From positions 1-32,000 of the forward strand of contig NC_008340.1 in NCBI RefSeq assembly GCF_000014785.1: a stretch of DNA of 32,000 bases. Reading direction: 5' to 3'. Positions 20,902-31,747 of the stretch are shown here, in pieces. Both the position numbers and the translations under genes were made by a program. This DNA comes from Alkalilimnicola ehrlichii MLHE-1 (GTDB taxonomy: Bacteria; Pseudomonadota; Gammaproteobacteria; Nitrococcales; Halorhodospiraceae). Each line of letters opens with the position of its first letter. The first letter of the stretch is position 1. The notes below the pieces were generated by a model. That model did not search any database. It was not told the origin of the DNA and saw nothing but the letters and a program-made list of their open reading frames with translations.

Positions 20902-21531
20902 TCAGGGGATGCCGAGCAGCTTGTGGGTCTGCAGGCTCAATGACCATTGCGGGTGGGCGAGACAGTAGTCCACGCAGGCCTGGGTGTTGGCCTCGCGCTC
21001 CGGCCCGTCCATGGGTTGCAGAAAGAAGTGGCGGAAGGCCAGGTGCTGGAAGCGTTCCGGCTCCGCCCCCGGTTGCGGGTGGACCAGCTTGAGCTCGTCG
21101 CCGGTGGTGAGCACCAGGGGGGCGCCCGCCTTGGGGCTGACGCAGATCCAGTCCAGCCCGGCCGGCGCCGGCCGGGTGCCGTTGGTCTCCACCGCCACCT
21201 CAAACCCCCGACGGTGCAGGGCGTCGATCAGTGCGGAATCCAATTGCAACAGGGGCTCGCCGCCGGTGCAGACCACCAGCGGCCGGCCGCCGCCCGGCCA
21301 ATAGCCGGCCAGCCTTTCGGCCAGCTCGTTCGCGCTGCGGAAACGGCCGCCGCCGGACCCGCCGGTGCCCACGAAGGCGGTATCGCAAAACCGGCAGATG
21401 GCCGATGCCCGGTGGGCCTCGCGACCGCTCCAGAGGTTGCAGCCGGCGAAGCGGCAGAACACGGCGGGCCGCCCGGTCTGGGCGCCCTCCCCCTGCAGAG
21501 TGTAATGGATTTCATGGACGCTGTAGGTCAT
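20902..21531 (-). CDS. queE: 7-carboxy-7-deazaguanine synthase (radical SAM), CX14CX2C type
   Basis: 209 aa. Has HEIHYTLQGEGAQTGRPAVFCRFAGCNLW and the cysteine pattern C-X14-C-X2-C (CNLWSGREAHRASAICRFC), as in the short Burkholderia-type QueE. Also has TGGEPLL and a C-terminal SLQTHKLLGIP. Confidence 0.9.
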   Translation of the reverse strand: MTYSVHEIHYTLQGEGAQTGRPAVFCRFAGCNLWSGREAHRASAICRFCDTAFVGTGGSGGGRFRSANELAERLAGYWPGGGRPLVVCTGGEPLLQLDSALIDALHRRGFEVAVETNGTRPAPAGLDWICVSPKAGAPLVLTTGDELKLVHPQPGAEPERFQHLAFRHFFLQPMDGPEREANTQACVDYCLAHPQWSLSLQTHKLLGIP

Positions 21532-22703
21532 GGCTCATTCGCCGACGAGGGGGTCGGTGGCGGGTCGTCGCGCAGCAACAGCAGCCGGTTGACCGCCCGC
21601 AGCAACCGCCAGGCGCCCACCACCCCGGGGTCCACATCCACATGGGTGAGGCCGGTCACCAGCCGCAACTCGGCCTGCCCCCTGGGGGCGGCCTGCTTGA
21701 GGGCCTGGCTCTGGGTCCAGGGGATGACATCGTCGTCGCGGCCGTGGACCAGCAGCAGGTAGGCCTGAAGCCGGGACAGGTCCCGGTTGGCAAGATTCAG
21801 CGCTTTAATCTCGTCGCGGACGCCGTCGGGCAACGCCGCCAGCAGGTCCGGTACCCGATCCGGATCCCGGTTGGTGAGCAAGGCATAGACCGCGCGCCCG
21901 GGCGGTGACAGCCGCTCGGCCAGCGGCCCGGTCTCGGCCTCCGGGTCCGCCAGGCGCTCGCGGGCGATACGGTCGAGCAGGCGGCGGTCGTCGGCATCCG
22001 GCACCCGGTCCAGCTGGGTCAGCAGGACCACCCAGCGGCCCTCCACCCGGGGGATCTGGTAGCGCCGCTCGCCGTCCTCGGTGAAATAGCCGGTGGTGAC
22101 GTAGGTCAGGGTCTCCACCAGATCGTAGTAGCCGCCCACCCCGACGATCCAGCCGATGTGTGGCCGGCCGTCCTCCTCCAGCGCCGCCAGCACGGCGGTG
22201 GCGACGGAGAAGCTCATCGCGGCCACGCCCACCCCCTCGCCGTCGTCCCGCGCGTCCAGCCAGTGGGCGGCATCCACCACATCGCGGATGTTCTCCGGCG
22301 AGACGTCCATGCGGGTGAGGGTCTCCACCTCTGGGGCGAGGACGCGAAAACCGGCCCGGCTCAGCGTCTTGGCGAACTGCACCAGGCGCGGGTCCCGCCG
22401 GCCCGCCTCGGTGAAGCCGTGGACCAGCACCAGGTTGGAGCGGACCTCGTCGCCCGGGGTATAGAGGTCGGCCACCCGTGGCACCCCGGTGGGGCCGGTG
22501 TACTCGACGGTCTCTCGTTCCGGGGCCGGTCGGGTGCGTTTCCAGCGGCTGTCGGCCTCGCCGGCGCGGATATCGGCCAGGATCAGCCCCGCCTCGTAAT
22601 GGCGTTGCATGGCACCGCAGCCGGGGAGCGCAATGACTGCCGTCAGGGCAAGCACCAGAAACAGTGTGGGGTGCAGGGCATTCATAGCTCGCAATGATGG
22701 CAT
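21528..22703 (-). CDS. alpha/beta-hydrolase-fold lipoprotein, function unknown
   Basis: Signal peptide with a lipobox-like IALPGC. Core strand LVLVHGFTEAG, a candidate nucleophile elbow AAMSFSV, an acid residue in LLLVHGRDDDVIP and a His in GLTHVD. Its stop overlaps the queE start (ATGA). Alternative start at ATG 22685. Confidence 0.7.
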   Translation of the reverse strand: MPSLRAMNALHPTLFLVLALTAVIALPGCGAMQRHYEAGLILADIRAGEADSRWKRTRPAPERETVEYTGPTGVPRVADLYTPGDEVRSNLVLVHGFTEAGRRDPRLVQFAKTLSRAGFRVLAPEVETLTRMDVSPENIRDVVDAAHWLDARDDGEGVGVAAMSFSVATAVLAALEEDGRPHIGWIVGVGGYYDLVETLTYVTTGYFTEDGERRYQIPRVEGRWVVLLTQLDRVPDADDRRLLDRIARERLADPEAETGPLAERLSPPGRAVYALLTNRDPDRVPDLLAALPDGVRDEIKALNLANRDLSRLQAYLLLVHGRDDDVIPWTQSQALKQAAPRGQAELRLVTGLTHVDVDPGVVGAWRLLRAVNRLLLLRDDPPPTPSSANEP

Positions 22704-22747
22704 AAATCGCCCGACCAGGCTCCCGGGCGGGCCCGGGTTCCGGACAC

Positions 22748-22780
22748 AAAAAACCCGCCGGCGGCAGGACCGTCGGCGGG
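22748..22780 (-). terminator. rho-independent terminator after groEL
   Basis: On the minus strand, CCCGCCG (22774-22780) pairs with CGGCGGG (22754-22760), followed by a U-run (A-run 22748-22753 on the + strand). It lies about 33 nt after the groEL stop. Confidence 0.75.
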
Positions 22781-22812
22781 TTCGGTTTGGGTCGGCCGGT
22801 GGGCCGGACGGC

Positions 22813-24489
<1,677 letters not shown>

Positions 24490-24516
24490 CTAAAACGGAA
24501 TTCGGCGGAAAGCGGT

Positions 24517-24804
24517 TTACTCGACGATGGCCATGACGTCGTCTTCGCGCATGACGAGCAGCTCCTCGCCATCGACCTTGACCTCGGTGCCGGCGAACTT
24601 GCCGAACAGCACCTTGTCGCCCACCTTCAGGTCCAGCGGGCGGGTCTCGCCGTTGTCCAGCAGCTTGCCGTTACCCACGGCCACCACCTCGCCCTTGATG
24701 GGCTTCTCGGCGGCGGAATCGGGGATGACGATGCCACCGGGGGAGGTGCGCTCCTCTTCCATGCGCTTGATGACCACGCGATCGTGCAGGGGACGAATGT
24801 TCAT
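24517..24804 (-). CDS. groES: co-chaperonin GroES (Cpn10)
   Basis: 95 aa, [35 protein letters not shown]..., located directly upstream of groEL. Confidence 0.99.
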   Translation of the reverse strand: MNIRPLHDRVVIKRMEEERTSPGGIVIPDSAAEKPIKGEVVAVGNGKLLDNGETRPLDLKVGDKVLFGKFAGTEVKVDGEELLVMREDDVMAIVE

Positions 24805-24869
24805 GGGGCTGTTACTCCCTTATGCGTTTGCTGTCGTTCGTGTTTGGCGGTTTTGGAGAGAGGGCAGGG

Positions 24870-24896
24870 TTAGCACTCTCAAGTTGTGAGTGCTAA
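24870..24896. promoter_or_regulatory. CIRCE operator (HrcA binding site) in the groES leader
   Basis: TTAGCACTC-N9-GAGTGCTAA is a perfect match to the CIRCE consensus, 65 nt upstream of the groES start. Confidence 0.9.
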
Positions 24897-24923
24897 TGAT
24901 AGTGACCGCCCCCCTCGAGTCAA
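24896..24923 (-). promoter_or_regulatory. sigma-70-type promoter abutting CIRCE
   Basis: On the minus strand, TTGACT (24918-24923), a 16-nt spacer, then TATCAT (24896-24901). The last T of the -10 hexamer is the first base of CIRCE. Confidence 0.6.
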
Positions 24924-24949
24924 GAGCCGCTGTCGCGGCGCTGTCCTCT

Positions 24950-24978
24950 GAATGGGGTCGGCGGTGGTAGAATTCAAG
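24950..24978 (-). promoter_or_regulatory. sigma-32 (RpoH)-type heat-shock promoter for groESL
   Basis: The minus strand reads CCTTGAAT-N14-CCCCATTC, against the consensus CTTGAAA-N13-15-CCCCATNT. Confidence 0.65.
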
Positions 24979-25023
24979 GCCAGTCTCGCAATTCGGACAC
25001 CATAGAGCCCCGGAGGTGGCGAT

Positions 25024-25398
25024 ATGCCCGCCGAGCAGTACCTGGTTTACTGCACCTGCCCCGATGACGCCGTGGCGCGGGAACTGGCCGGCGCGCTGGT
25101 GGAGAGGCGCTTGGCCGCCTGCGTCAATATCGTGCCCGGACTGACTTCCGTGTTCTTTTGGGAGGGTGAGGCCCAGGCCGAGCCCGAGGTGCTACTGCTG
25201 ATCAAGACCTCGGCGGCCGCCTACCCGGCGCTGGAGCAGGCCATCCTGGAGCAGCACCCCTATGAACTTCCCGAGATTGTGGGGGTCCCTTTGGAAAAGG
25301 GCCTGCCCGGTTTCCTGCATTGGATCGCCATGGAAACCGCGGGCGGGGCCGGTGACAACGACGACCCCAAGGACCTGCCAGACCCCGATGTCCGCTAA
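25024..25398 (+). CDS. cutA: divalent-cation tolerance protein CutA
   Basis: 124 aa with the YLVYCTCPD...LAACVNIVPGLTSVFFWEGE pattern typical of CutA1. GGAGGT ribosome-binding site. Followed by dsbD, as in the classical cutA locus. Confidence 0.9.
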   Translation: MPAEQYLVYCTCPDDAVARELAGALVERRLAACVNIVPGLTSVFFWEGEAQAEPEVLLLIKTSAAAYPALEQAILEQHPYELPEIVGVPLEKGLPGFLHWIAMETAGGAGDNDDPKDLPDPDVR

Positions 25399-25407
25399 GG
25401 AACGCCC

Positions 25408-27252
25408 ATGACCGCACTGGCCCGACCCCTGCCAGCGGCCACGCCGTTGCGCTGGCCGCTCTACTGGCTGCTGGTATTGCTGCTCGCCCTGCCTCTGTGG
25501 GGTGCGGATGCGCGCGCCAACCCGCTGGATCAACTGGGCGGGGGCCAGCAGCAAATCCTCCCCGCTGAGGAGGCCTTTCCCCTTTTTCTGGAGCGGATCG
25601 GCGAGCACCGCCTGCTGCTGACGGTGGATGTGGCCGAGGGCTACTACCTCTACCGTGAGAAGTTGGCGTTCGAGGTGCGTAACGGCGGCGTCGCGCTCAC
25701 CGACGTGGCCATACCCGAAGGCCGGGAGAAAGACGACCCCTTCTTCGGGCAAACCACCATCCTCCGCGGCGTGGCGCAGGTGCAACTGCAGTTCGACGGC
25801 CCGGTGCCCGACGATCTGCGTTTGGAGGTGGCCTACCGCGGTTGCGCCGATATCGGTGTCTGTTATCCACCGCTGACCGCCGATCTGGGGCTCGATGGGC
25901 AGGGCGCTATTGCCAGTGGTGTCGGCGGCGGTGGCGGCGGGACGGCCGGCGGCGCCGAGGGCCGGCTCTCCAGCCTGCTTCAGGACGGCAGCGCCTGGAT
26001 GATCCTCGGTGGCTTCTTCGTCGCCGGGCTGCTGCTGGCCTTCACCGCCTGTCTCTACCCCATGATCCCCATCCTCTCCGGGCTGATTGCCGGTGACAGC
26101 CAGCGCGGCAGCGGGCGGGCGCTGCTGCTCTCTTTCGTTTATGTCCAGAGTGTGGCCATTACCTATGCCCTTGCCGGGGCCGCGGCGGGCTTGACCGGCC
26201 GGGTGGTTCAGGCCGAGCTGCAGAATCTCTGGGTGTTGGGCGGGTTCTCATTGGTCCTGGTGTTGATGGCTATGGCCATGTTCGGCCTGTTCACCGTGCA
26301 GATGCCGGGTGTGCTCCAGAACCGACTGGACGCCCTGTCCCGCCGCCAGAAGGGCGGGCGGCTGCTGGGGGTGGCGGTCATGGGCATGCTCTCGGCGCTG
26401 ATTGTCGGGGCCTGCTCCGGCCCGGCACTCATCGCCGCGCTCAGTTTCATCGGTACCACCGGCGAGGTCGGTCTCGGGGCGCTGGCGCTCTACGTGATGG
26501 CGCTGGGCATGGGGCTGCCGCTGCTGCTCATTGGGACCGCCGCCGGCAAGTGGCTGCCGCGCTCCGGGGCCTGGATGGACGGCGTCCGCCAACTGTTCGG
26601 TTTCGTGCTGCTGGGCGTCGCCATCTGGATGATTGAGCGGTTGCTGAGCGATGCCTTTGCCCTCGCCCTCTGGGGCCTGCTGCTGATCGCCTTTGCCGTC
26701 TGGGTCGGCTGGCGTCTGCGCGGTGGCCGGCTGCTGTGGCGCTGGAGCGGCCGTGCAGTGGGGCTGGCGGCGCTGCTTTGGGGCGCCGCCGCCCTGGTGG
26801 GGGCCGGGACCGGCGCCCATCAGCTCAGCCAGCCCCTGGCGGGGCTGAGCGGGGAGTCCCGGACGGAACTTGCCTGGGTCGATGCGCACAGCCTGGACGA
26901 GTTGGATGCCCTGCGCGAGCAGGCGCAGGCCGAGGGCCGGCCGGTGATGCTCGATGTCACTGCCGATTGGTGTATCTACTGCCAACAGCTCAAGGACCGG
27001 ACCTTCCCTGACCCCGGCGTGCAGGCGGCGCTGAGCGATGCAAAGCTGGTGCGGGTGGATGTCACCGCCATGGACGATGCCGAGCGCGCGCTACTGGAGG
27101 CGCTGGGTGTTTTCCTGCCACCGGCCATCATCTTCTACCGCGCCGACGGCAGCGAGGCTCGCGGCCAGCGGGTCTCGGGTTTTCTCGGGGCCGAGGAGTT
27201 TCGGCAGCGGGTGGATGCCGCCCTGAACGGTGAGCCGGGGCCGCGGGGATGA
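25408..27252 (+). CDS. dsbD: thiol:disulfide interchange protein DsbD
   Basis: Signal peptide, an N-terminal domain with CADIGVCYPP, a multi-pass core with the Cys motifs ACLYPMIP and GACSGPALI, and a C-terminal thioredoxin domain DWCIYC. Confidence 0.93.
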   Translation: MTALARPLPAATPLRWPLYWLLVLLLALPLWGADARANPLDQLGGGQQQILPAEEAFPLFLERIGEHRLLLTVDVAEGYYLYREKLAFEVRNGGVALTDVAIPEGREKDDPFFGQTTILRGVAQVQLQFDGPVPDDLRLEVAYRGCADIGVCYPPLTADLGLDGQGAIASGVGGGGGGTAGGAEGRLSSLLQDGSAWMILGGFFVAGLLLAFTACLYPMIPILSGLIAGDSQRGSGRALLLSFVYVQSVAITYALAGAAAGLTGRVVQAELQNLWVLGGFSLVLVLMAMAMFGLFTVQMPGVLQNRLDALSRRQKGGRLLGVAVMGMLSALIVGACSGPALIAALSFIGTTGEVGLGALALYVMALGMGLPLLLIGTAAGKWLPRSGAWMDGVRQLFGFVLLGVAIWMIERLLSDAFALALWGLLLIAFAVWVGWRLRGGRLLWRWSGRAVGLAALLWGAAALVGAGTGAHQLSQPLAGLSGESRTELAWVDAHSLDELDALREQAQAEGRPVMLDVTADWCIYCQQLKDRTFPDPGVQAALSDAKLVRVDVTAMDDAERALLEALGVFLPPAIIFYRADGSEARGQRVSGFLGAEEFRQRVDAALNGEPGPRG

Positions 27253-27752
27253 CGCGCGCCCTGCTGTTTACGGTGGTCATCCTTCTCGGCGCGGTGGCCG
27301 GGGTCTTCGGCTATCAGGTCTGGGACCAGGACCGTCCTGAGCCGCGCCCGGATCTCACCCTGCCCGATCTCCAAGAGCAGCCGCGCAGCCTCTCGGAGTG
27401 GGATGGGCGGCTGATCGTATTGAATTTCTGGGCCACCTGGTGCCCGCCCTGCGTCGAGGAGATGCCGCTGTTCCAGCGCCTCCAGGACGAGTATGGTGAC
27501 CGGGGTTTACAGTTCATCGGGGTGGCGGTGGACCGGCCGGACGCCGTGGCCGAATTCGTCGCCGAGCACGACATCCGCTACCCCATCCTGTATGGCCGCC
27601 AGGCCGCCATGAGCGCCGGACAGGACTTTGGCAACCAGGCCGGGACCCTGCCCTGGACGGTGATCATCGACCGCGAAGGCCACATTCGCCACGTCTTCGA
27701 CCGGGAGGTGAGCCGTGAGCAGATCGAGCCGGTGCTGCTGGACCTGCTCTAA
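27249..27752 (+). CDS. TlpA/ResA-family membrane-anchored periplasmic thioredoxin
   Basis: N-terminal transmembrane anchor and the active site WATWCPPC. 167 aa. ATGA overlap with the dsbD stop. Confidence 0.85.
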   Translation: MTRALLFTVVILLGAVAGVFGYQVWDQDRPEPRPDLTLPDLQEQPRSLSEWDGRLIVLNFWATWCPPCVEEMPLFQRLQDEYGDRGLQFIGVAVDRPDAVAEFVAEHDIRYPILYGRQAAMSAGQDFGNQAGTLPWTVIIDREGHIRHVFDREVSREQIEPVLLDLL

Positions 27753-27879
27753 TCTGGGGTATTGATCCGCCGGCAACCTGCGGCCATTTTCTGCGAACTC
27801 GCGACGATCTGGACAACAACACGCGGATCCCGCAAAATCAGCGGCGATGTTGTCAGCCACCGCTTGGCGCCGGGGACTC

Positions 27880-28338
27880 ATGCCAGAACTGCTGCTCCTG
27901 AACGGACCCAACCTCAACCTGCTGGGCACACGCGAGCCGGGCATCTATGGCAGTGATACCCTGGCCGACATCGAACGGCGTCTGGGCGAGCAATGCGCCG
28001 GGGCCGGCGTGCGCTTCTCCGCCTTTCAGACCAACGCCGAGCACGCGCTCATCGACCGTATTCATCAGGCCGGCCGGGCCGGGGTGGACTTCATCCTGAT
28101 CAATCCCGGCGCCTGGACCCACACCAGCATTGCACTGCGTGACGCCCTGCTGGGCGTGGGCATCCCCTTTATCGAAATCCACATCTCCAACGTGCACGCC
28201 CGAGAGCCCTTCCGGCGCCAGTCCTACCTGGCCGACGTGGCCGTAGGGGTGATCTCCGGCCTCGGGGTGCACGGCTACGAACTGGCGCTGCAGGCCGCCC
28301 TGAAGCGGCTGGACGGCAGCCCAAGAGGACAGCACTGA
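27880..28338 (+). CDS. aroQ: type II 3-dehydroquinate dehydratase
   Basis: [40 protein letters not shown] and [15 protein letters not shown]. The start is at ATG 27880; the track ORF begins 33 nt earlier. Confidence 0.93.
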   Translation: MPELLLLNGPNLNLLGTREPGIYGSDTLADIERRLGEQCAGAGVRFSAFQTNAEHALIDRIHQAGRAGVDFILINPGAWTHTSIALRDALLGVGIPFIEIHISNVHAREPFRRQSYLADVAVGVISGLGVHGYELALQAALKRLDGSPRGQH

Positions 28339-28802
28339 TGGATATCCGAAAAGTCAAACGACTCATCGAGCTGCTGGAGGACTCCGGCGTCAACGAGATC
28401 GAGATCCACGAGGGCGAGGAGTCGGTACGCATCACCCGCGGCGCCCCGCCGCAGGCGCCGCAGACCTATACGGTGCCCGCGCCGCCCCCGGCCCCGTCGC
28501 CGGCGGACGGCCCGGCGGCACCGGCGGGCTCCGCCCCGGCGGAGACCGAGGCGGAAGCGAAAGTCGACGGGCACGAGGTCCGCTCCCCCATGGTGGGCAC
28601 CTTCTACCGCGCCCCCTCCCCGGGGGCCAAGGCCTTCGTGGAAGAGGGCGACAAGGTCAAGGCCGGCGACACCCTTTGCATCATCGAGGCCATGAAGATG
28701 CTCAACCAGATCGAGGCCGACCGCGACGGCGAGGTGGCCAAGGTGCTGGTGGAGAACGGCCAGCCGGTGGAGTTCGATCAGCCGTTGTTCATCATCAGGT
28801 AG
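28338..28802 (+). CDS. accB: acetyl-CoA carboxylase biotin carboxyl carrier protein
   Basis: [23 protein letters not shown], a Pro/Ala-rich linker and the biotinylation motif EAMKMLN. The start overlaps the aroQ stop by 1 nt (TGATG). Confidence 0.96.
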   Translation: MDIRKVKRLIELLEDSGVNEIEIHEGEESVRITRGAPPQAPQTYTVPAPPPAPSPADGPAAPAGSAPAETEAEAKVDGHEVRSPMVGTFYRAPSPGAKAFVEEGDKVKAGDTLCIIEAMKMLNQIEADRDGEVAKVLVENGQPVEFDQPLFIIR

Positions 28803-28821
28803 TCGCCGCCCGGAGCCCTTC

Positions 28822-30165
28822 ATGCTGGAAAAGATCGTCATTGCCAATCGCGGCGAAATCGCCCTGCGGGTCCTGCGTGCCTGCCGTCAGCTCGGCATCC
28901 GCACGGTGGCCGTGCACTCGTCGGCCGATCGTGACCTCAAGCACGTGCGTCTGGCCGACGAGTCGGTCTGCATCGGGCCGCCCGCCTCCGCCGAGAGCTA
29001 CCTGAACATCCCGGCCATCATCAGCGCCGCCGAGGTCACGGACGCCATGGCCATCCACCCGGGCTATGGTTTTCTCTCCGAGAACGCCGACTTTGCCGAG
29101 CGGGTGGAGCAGTCCGGTTTCGTGTTCATCGGCCCAAAGGCGGAGACCATCCGTATCATGGGGGACAAGGTGGCCGCCATCCGCGCCATGCTGGCGGCGG
29201 ACATCCCCTGTGTCCCCGGCTCCGGCGGTCCGCTCACCGATGACGCCGATGCCAACCTGCGCATCGCCCGCGAGATCGGCTATCCGGTGCTGATCAAGGC
29301 CGCGGCCGGCGGCGGCGGCCGCGGCATGCGCGTGGTGCGCTCGGAGGCCGGGCTGCTGAATGCCATTTCCCTCACCCAGACCGAGGCCCAGTCCGCGTTC
29401 GGCGACAGCACCGTCTATATGGAGAAGTACCTGGACAACCCGCGCCACGTGGAGGTCCAGGTGCTGGCGGACGGTCAGGGCAACGCCATCTACCTGGGCG
29501 AGCGCGATTGCTCCATGCAGCGGCGCCATCAGAAGGTGGTCGAAGAGGCGCCCGCACCCGGGATCACCGAGGAGGAGCGCCGCTTCATCGGCGAGCGCTG
29601 CGCCGATGCCTGCCGCCAGATCAACTACCGGGGGGCAGGCACCTTCGAGTTCCTCTACCAGGACGGCGAGTTTTTCTTCATCGAGATGAACACCCGTCTG
29701 CAGGTGGAGCACCCGGTCACCGAGATGATCACCGGCGTGGACCTGGTCAAGGAGCAGATCCTGGTGGCCAGTGGCCAGCCGCTGCGTTACCGCCAGGAGG
29801 ACATCGAGATCCGCGGGCACGCGGTGGAGTGCCGGATCAACGCCGAGGATCCGCGCAGCTTCCTGCCCTCCCCGGGGACTATCGACCAGTACCATGCCCC
29901 GGGCGGGCCCGGGGTGCGGGTGGATTCGCACATCTACAGCGGGTACAAGGTGCCGCCCTACTACGACTCCATGATCGGCAAGCTGATCACCCATGGCGAG
30001 GACCGCGAGAGCGCCATCGCGCGCATGCGCACGGCCCTGTCCGAGGTGGTGATCAGCGGCATCAAGACCAACATCCCCCTGCACCAGGACATCATGGATG
30101 ACGCCGGCTTCCAGGCCGGGGGCATGAATATCCATTACCTGGAAAAGAAGCTGGGCCTGAGTTGA
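28822..30165 (+). CDS. accC: acetyl-CoA carboxylase biotin carboxylase subunit
   Basis: [21 protein letters not shown], an ATP-grasp glycine loop [10 protein letters not shown] and [14 protein letters not shown]. 447 aa. Confidence 0.97.
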   Translation: MLEKIVIANRGEIALRVLRACRQLGIRTVAVHSSADRDLKHVRLADESVCIGPPASAESYLNIPAIISAAEVTDAMAIHPGYGFLSENADFAERVEQSGFVFIGPKAETIRIMGDKVAAIRAMLAADIPCVPGSGGPLTDDADANLRIAREIGYPVLIKAAAGGGGRGMRVVRSEAGLLNAISLTQTEAQSAFGDSTVYMEKYLDNPRHVEVQVLADGQGNAIYLGERDCSMQRRHQKVVEEAPAPGITEEERRFIGERCADACRQINYRGAGTFEFLYQDGEFFFIEMNTRLQVEHPVTEMITGVDLVKEQILVASGQPLRYRQEDIEIRGHAVECRINAEDPRSFLPSPGTIDQYHAPGGPGVRVDSHIYSGYKVPPYYDSMIGKLITHGEDRESAIARMRTALSEVVISGIKTNIPLHQDIMDDAGFQAGGMNIHYLEKKLGLS

Positions 30166-30212
30166 CGCGAGGCTCAGGCCGGTCATCTGGGCCGTCATTG
30201 AGAGGAGTAACC

Positions 30213-30788
30213 ATGGTTCGTAAGCTTTTAGTCGCCTGTCTGGCCCTCACCGCCGCCAGCGGTGTCTCGGCCCGGGAGCTGGACATCGGCCTCAGTGATG
30301 AGGTGGCGGAGATCAACTTCTCCATGCCGGCCGGTCAGCCCTTCCAGGCCAGCCAGGCCCGTTGGGGACTGGGCTTTCTGTACAACGACAACGATGACTA
30401 CGTGGCCACCGGCTCGCTGTCGGTCCGCGGTCACGCCCGTGAGGGGTACCGCCCGGTGCAGCTGGGCGCCGGGGTCAAGGCCTACGGCGGCCGGCTGGAC
30501 CGGCCCAGCAAATCCGTCGGCGCACTGGGTGTGGGCGCCTCGGCCCGGTTCGGTATCCCCACGGACATTCCCCTGGCGCTGATCCTCAGCGGCACGGTTG
30601 CACCGAAGATCACCACCTTCGGCGACGCCGATCGGGTCACCGATCTCACCGGGCGGCTGGAGGCACAGATCACCGAGGCGGCCAGCCTGTATGCCGGCTA
30701 TCGCTACCTGCGTTTCAACATGGAGCGCGGGTTGCGGGATGAGCGCGTGGCCGACGGCTTCCAGGTGGGGGTTAGCCTGCGCTTCTGA
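30213..30788 (+). CDS. small outer-membrane beta-barrel protein, YfaZ-like
   Basis: GAGGAG ribosome-binding site and signal peptide MVRKLLVACLALTAASGVSA. Shows alternating beta-strand patterns and a C-terminal AGYRYLRF...VADGFQVGVSLRF ending in Phe. The YfaZ family assignment is from memory of its C-terminal pattern. Confidence 0.6.
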   Translation: MVRKLLVACLALTAASGVSARELDIGLSDEVAEINFSMPAGQPFQASQARWGLGFLYNDNDDYVATGSLSVRGHAREGYRPVQLGAGVKAYGGRLDRPSKSVGALGVGASARFGIPTDIPLALILSGTVAPKITTFGDADRVTDLTGRLEAQITEAASLYAGYRYLRFNMERGLRDERVADGFQVGVSLRF

Positions 30789-30818
30789 GCACGAGCGGCT
30801 TTTCTGGCGGCGCCCGCC

Positions 30819-31628
30819 TCAGCCGCTGAGGAGCAGTGGACGCAGGAGGTTCAGGCCCAGCACGATCAGGAGCAGCGCGAAGGCGCGCTGCAGGATGTGT
30901 TGGGGTAACCGGTGCGCGAGCCGGGCGCCGAGCGGTGCGGTGAACAGGCTCATAGCGATGATCCCCAGGAAGGCGGGCCAATAGACATAGCCGATGGCCC
31001 TCTGCGGCAGGTCGGGATGACCGAACCCGGTTGCCATGAAGGCCGCCGCCCCCACCAGCGCGATGGGCAGCCCACAGGCGGCCGAGGTGCCCACCGCCTG
31101 GCGCATGGGTATCCCCAGGCGGGCCAGCAGCGGCACGGTCATCGCCCCGCCGGCGATCCCCAGCAGCGACGAGACCGCACCGATGGCCGAGCCGGCAGGC
31201 GCCAGGATGAGGGCGCTGGGCGTGGCCGGGCGAGGGCCGGGGCGCGGCCCTCGCCCGAAGGCGAGCTGAAGACCGAGCGCCAGCAGGAAGACCCCGAACG
31301 CCGCCTTGAGCAGTGCCCCGCTCATCTGGCCGGCGATCAGCGCCCCCAGCACGGAACCCAGGCACATCCCCGCCGCCAGGCGGAGGAACACCGGCACGAG
31401 CACTCCGCCGCGCCGCCAGTGGGAGCGGACCGAACTGATGGCCGTGAAGACGATGGTGGCCAGGGAGGTGCCCACCGCCATGTGCATGATCACCGATGCC
31501 GGCACCTCGCGCAGGGCGAACAGGGCTAGCAGCACCGGGACGATAATGACCCCACCGCCGATGCCGAACAGCCCCGACAGCAGACCGGCGACGGCGCCCG
31601 CGGCCAGGTAGACCAGGATATCAAGCAA
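30819..31628 (-). CDS. TauE/SafE (TSUP, DUF81) family anion permease
   Basis: Polytopic hydrophobic protein with GLLSGLFGIGGGVIIVP and a second LLGIAGGAMTVP repeat. I prefer TTG 31628, which has GGGAGA 6 nt upstream. The track ORF begins at GTG 31697. Confidence 0.8.
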   Translation of the reverse strand: MLDILVYLAAGAVAGLLSGLFGIGGGVIIVPVLLALFALREVPASVIMHMAVGTSLATIVFTAISSVRSHWRRGGVLVPVFLRLAAGMCLGSVLGALIAGQMSGALLKAAFGVFLLALGLQLAFGRGPRPGPRPATPSALILAPAGSAIGAVSSLLGIAGGAMTVPLLARLGIPMRQAVGTSAACGLPIALVGAAAFMATGFGHPDLPQRAIGYVYWPAFLGIIAMSLFTAPLGARLAHRLPQHILQRAFALLLIVLGLNLLRPLLLSG

Positions 31629-31747
31629 CGTGTCTCTCCCGTTGGGGCGGTGCTTTTTCCCCCAGTCGCGGTGGCTTACAATGCCTGGATAAGCCACACC
31701 GTCTGCGAAAGCGTTTAACGATAACAGAAAGAGGCAGGGACCGACTC

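Noticed and set aside
28440-28560. A GC-rich, low-complexity Pro/Ala stretch with short internal repeats.
   Set aside because: It corresponds to the flexible Pro/Ala linker of AccB (BCCP), which is a normal feature of this protein.
30817-30831. A palindrome, CCTCAGC-C-GCTGAGG, between the OMP gene and the convergent TauE gene, considered as a possible bidirectional terminator.
   Set aside because: A 1-nt loop is sterically impossible for the full stem. There is no U-run on either side, and it overlaps the TauE stop codon. The evidence is too weak to call.
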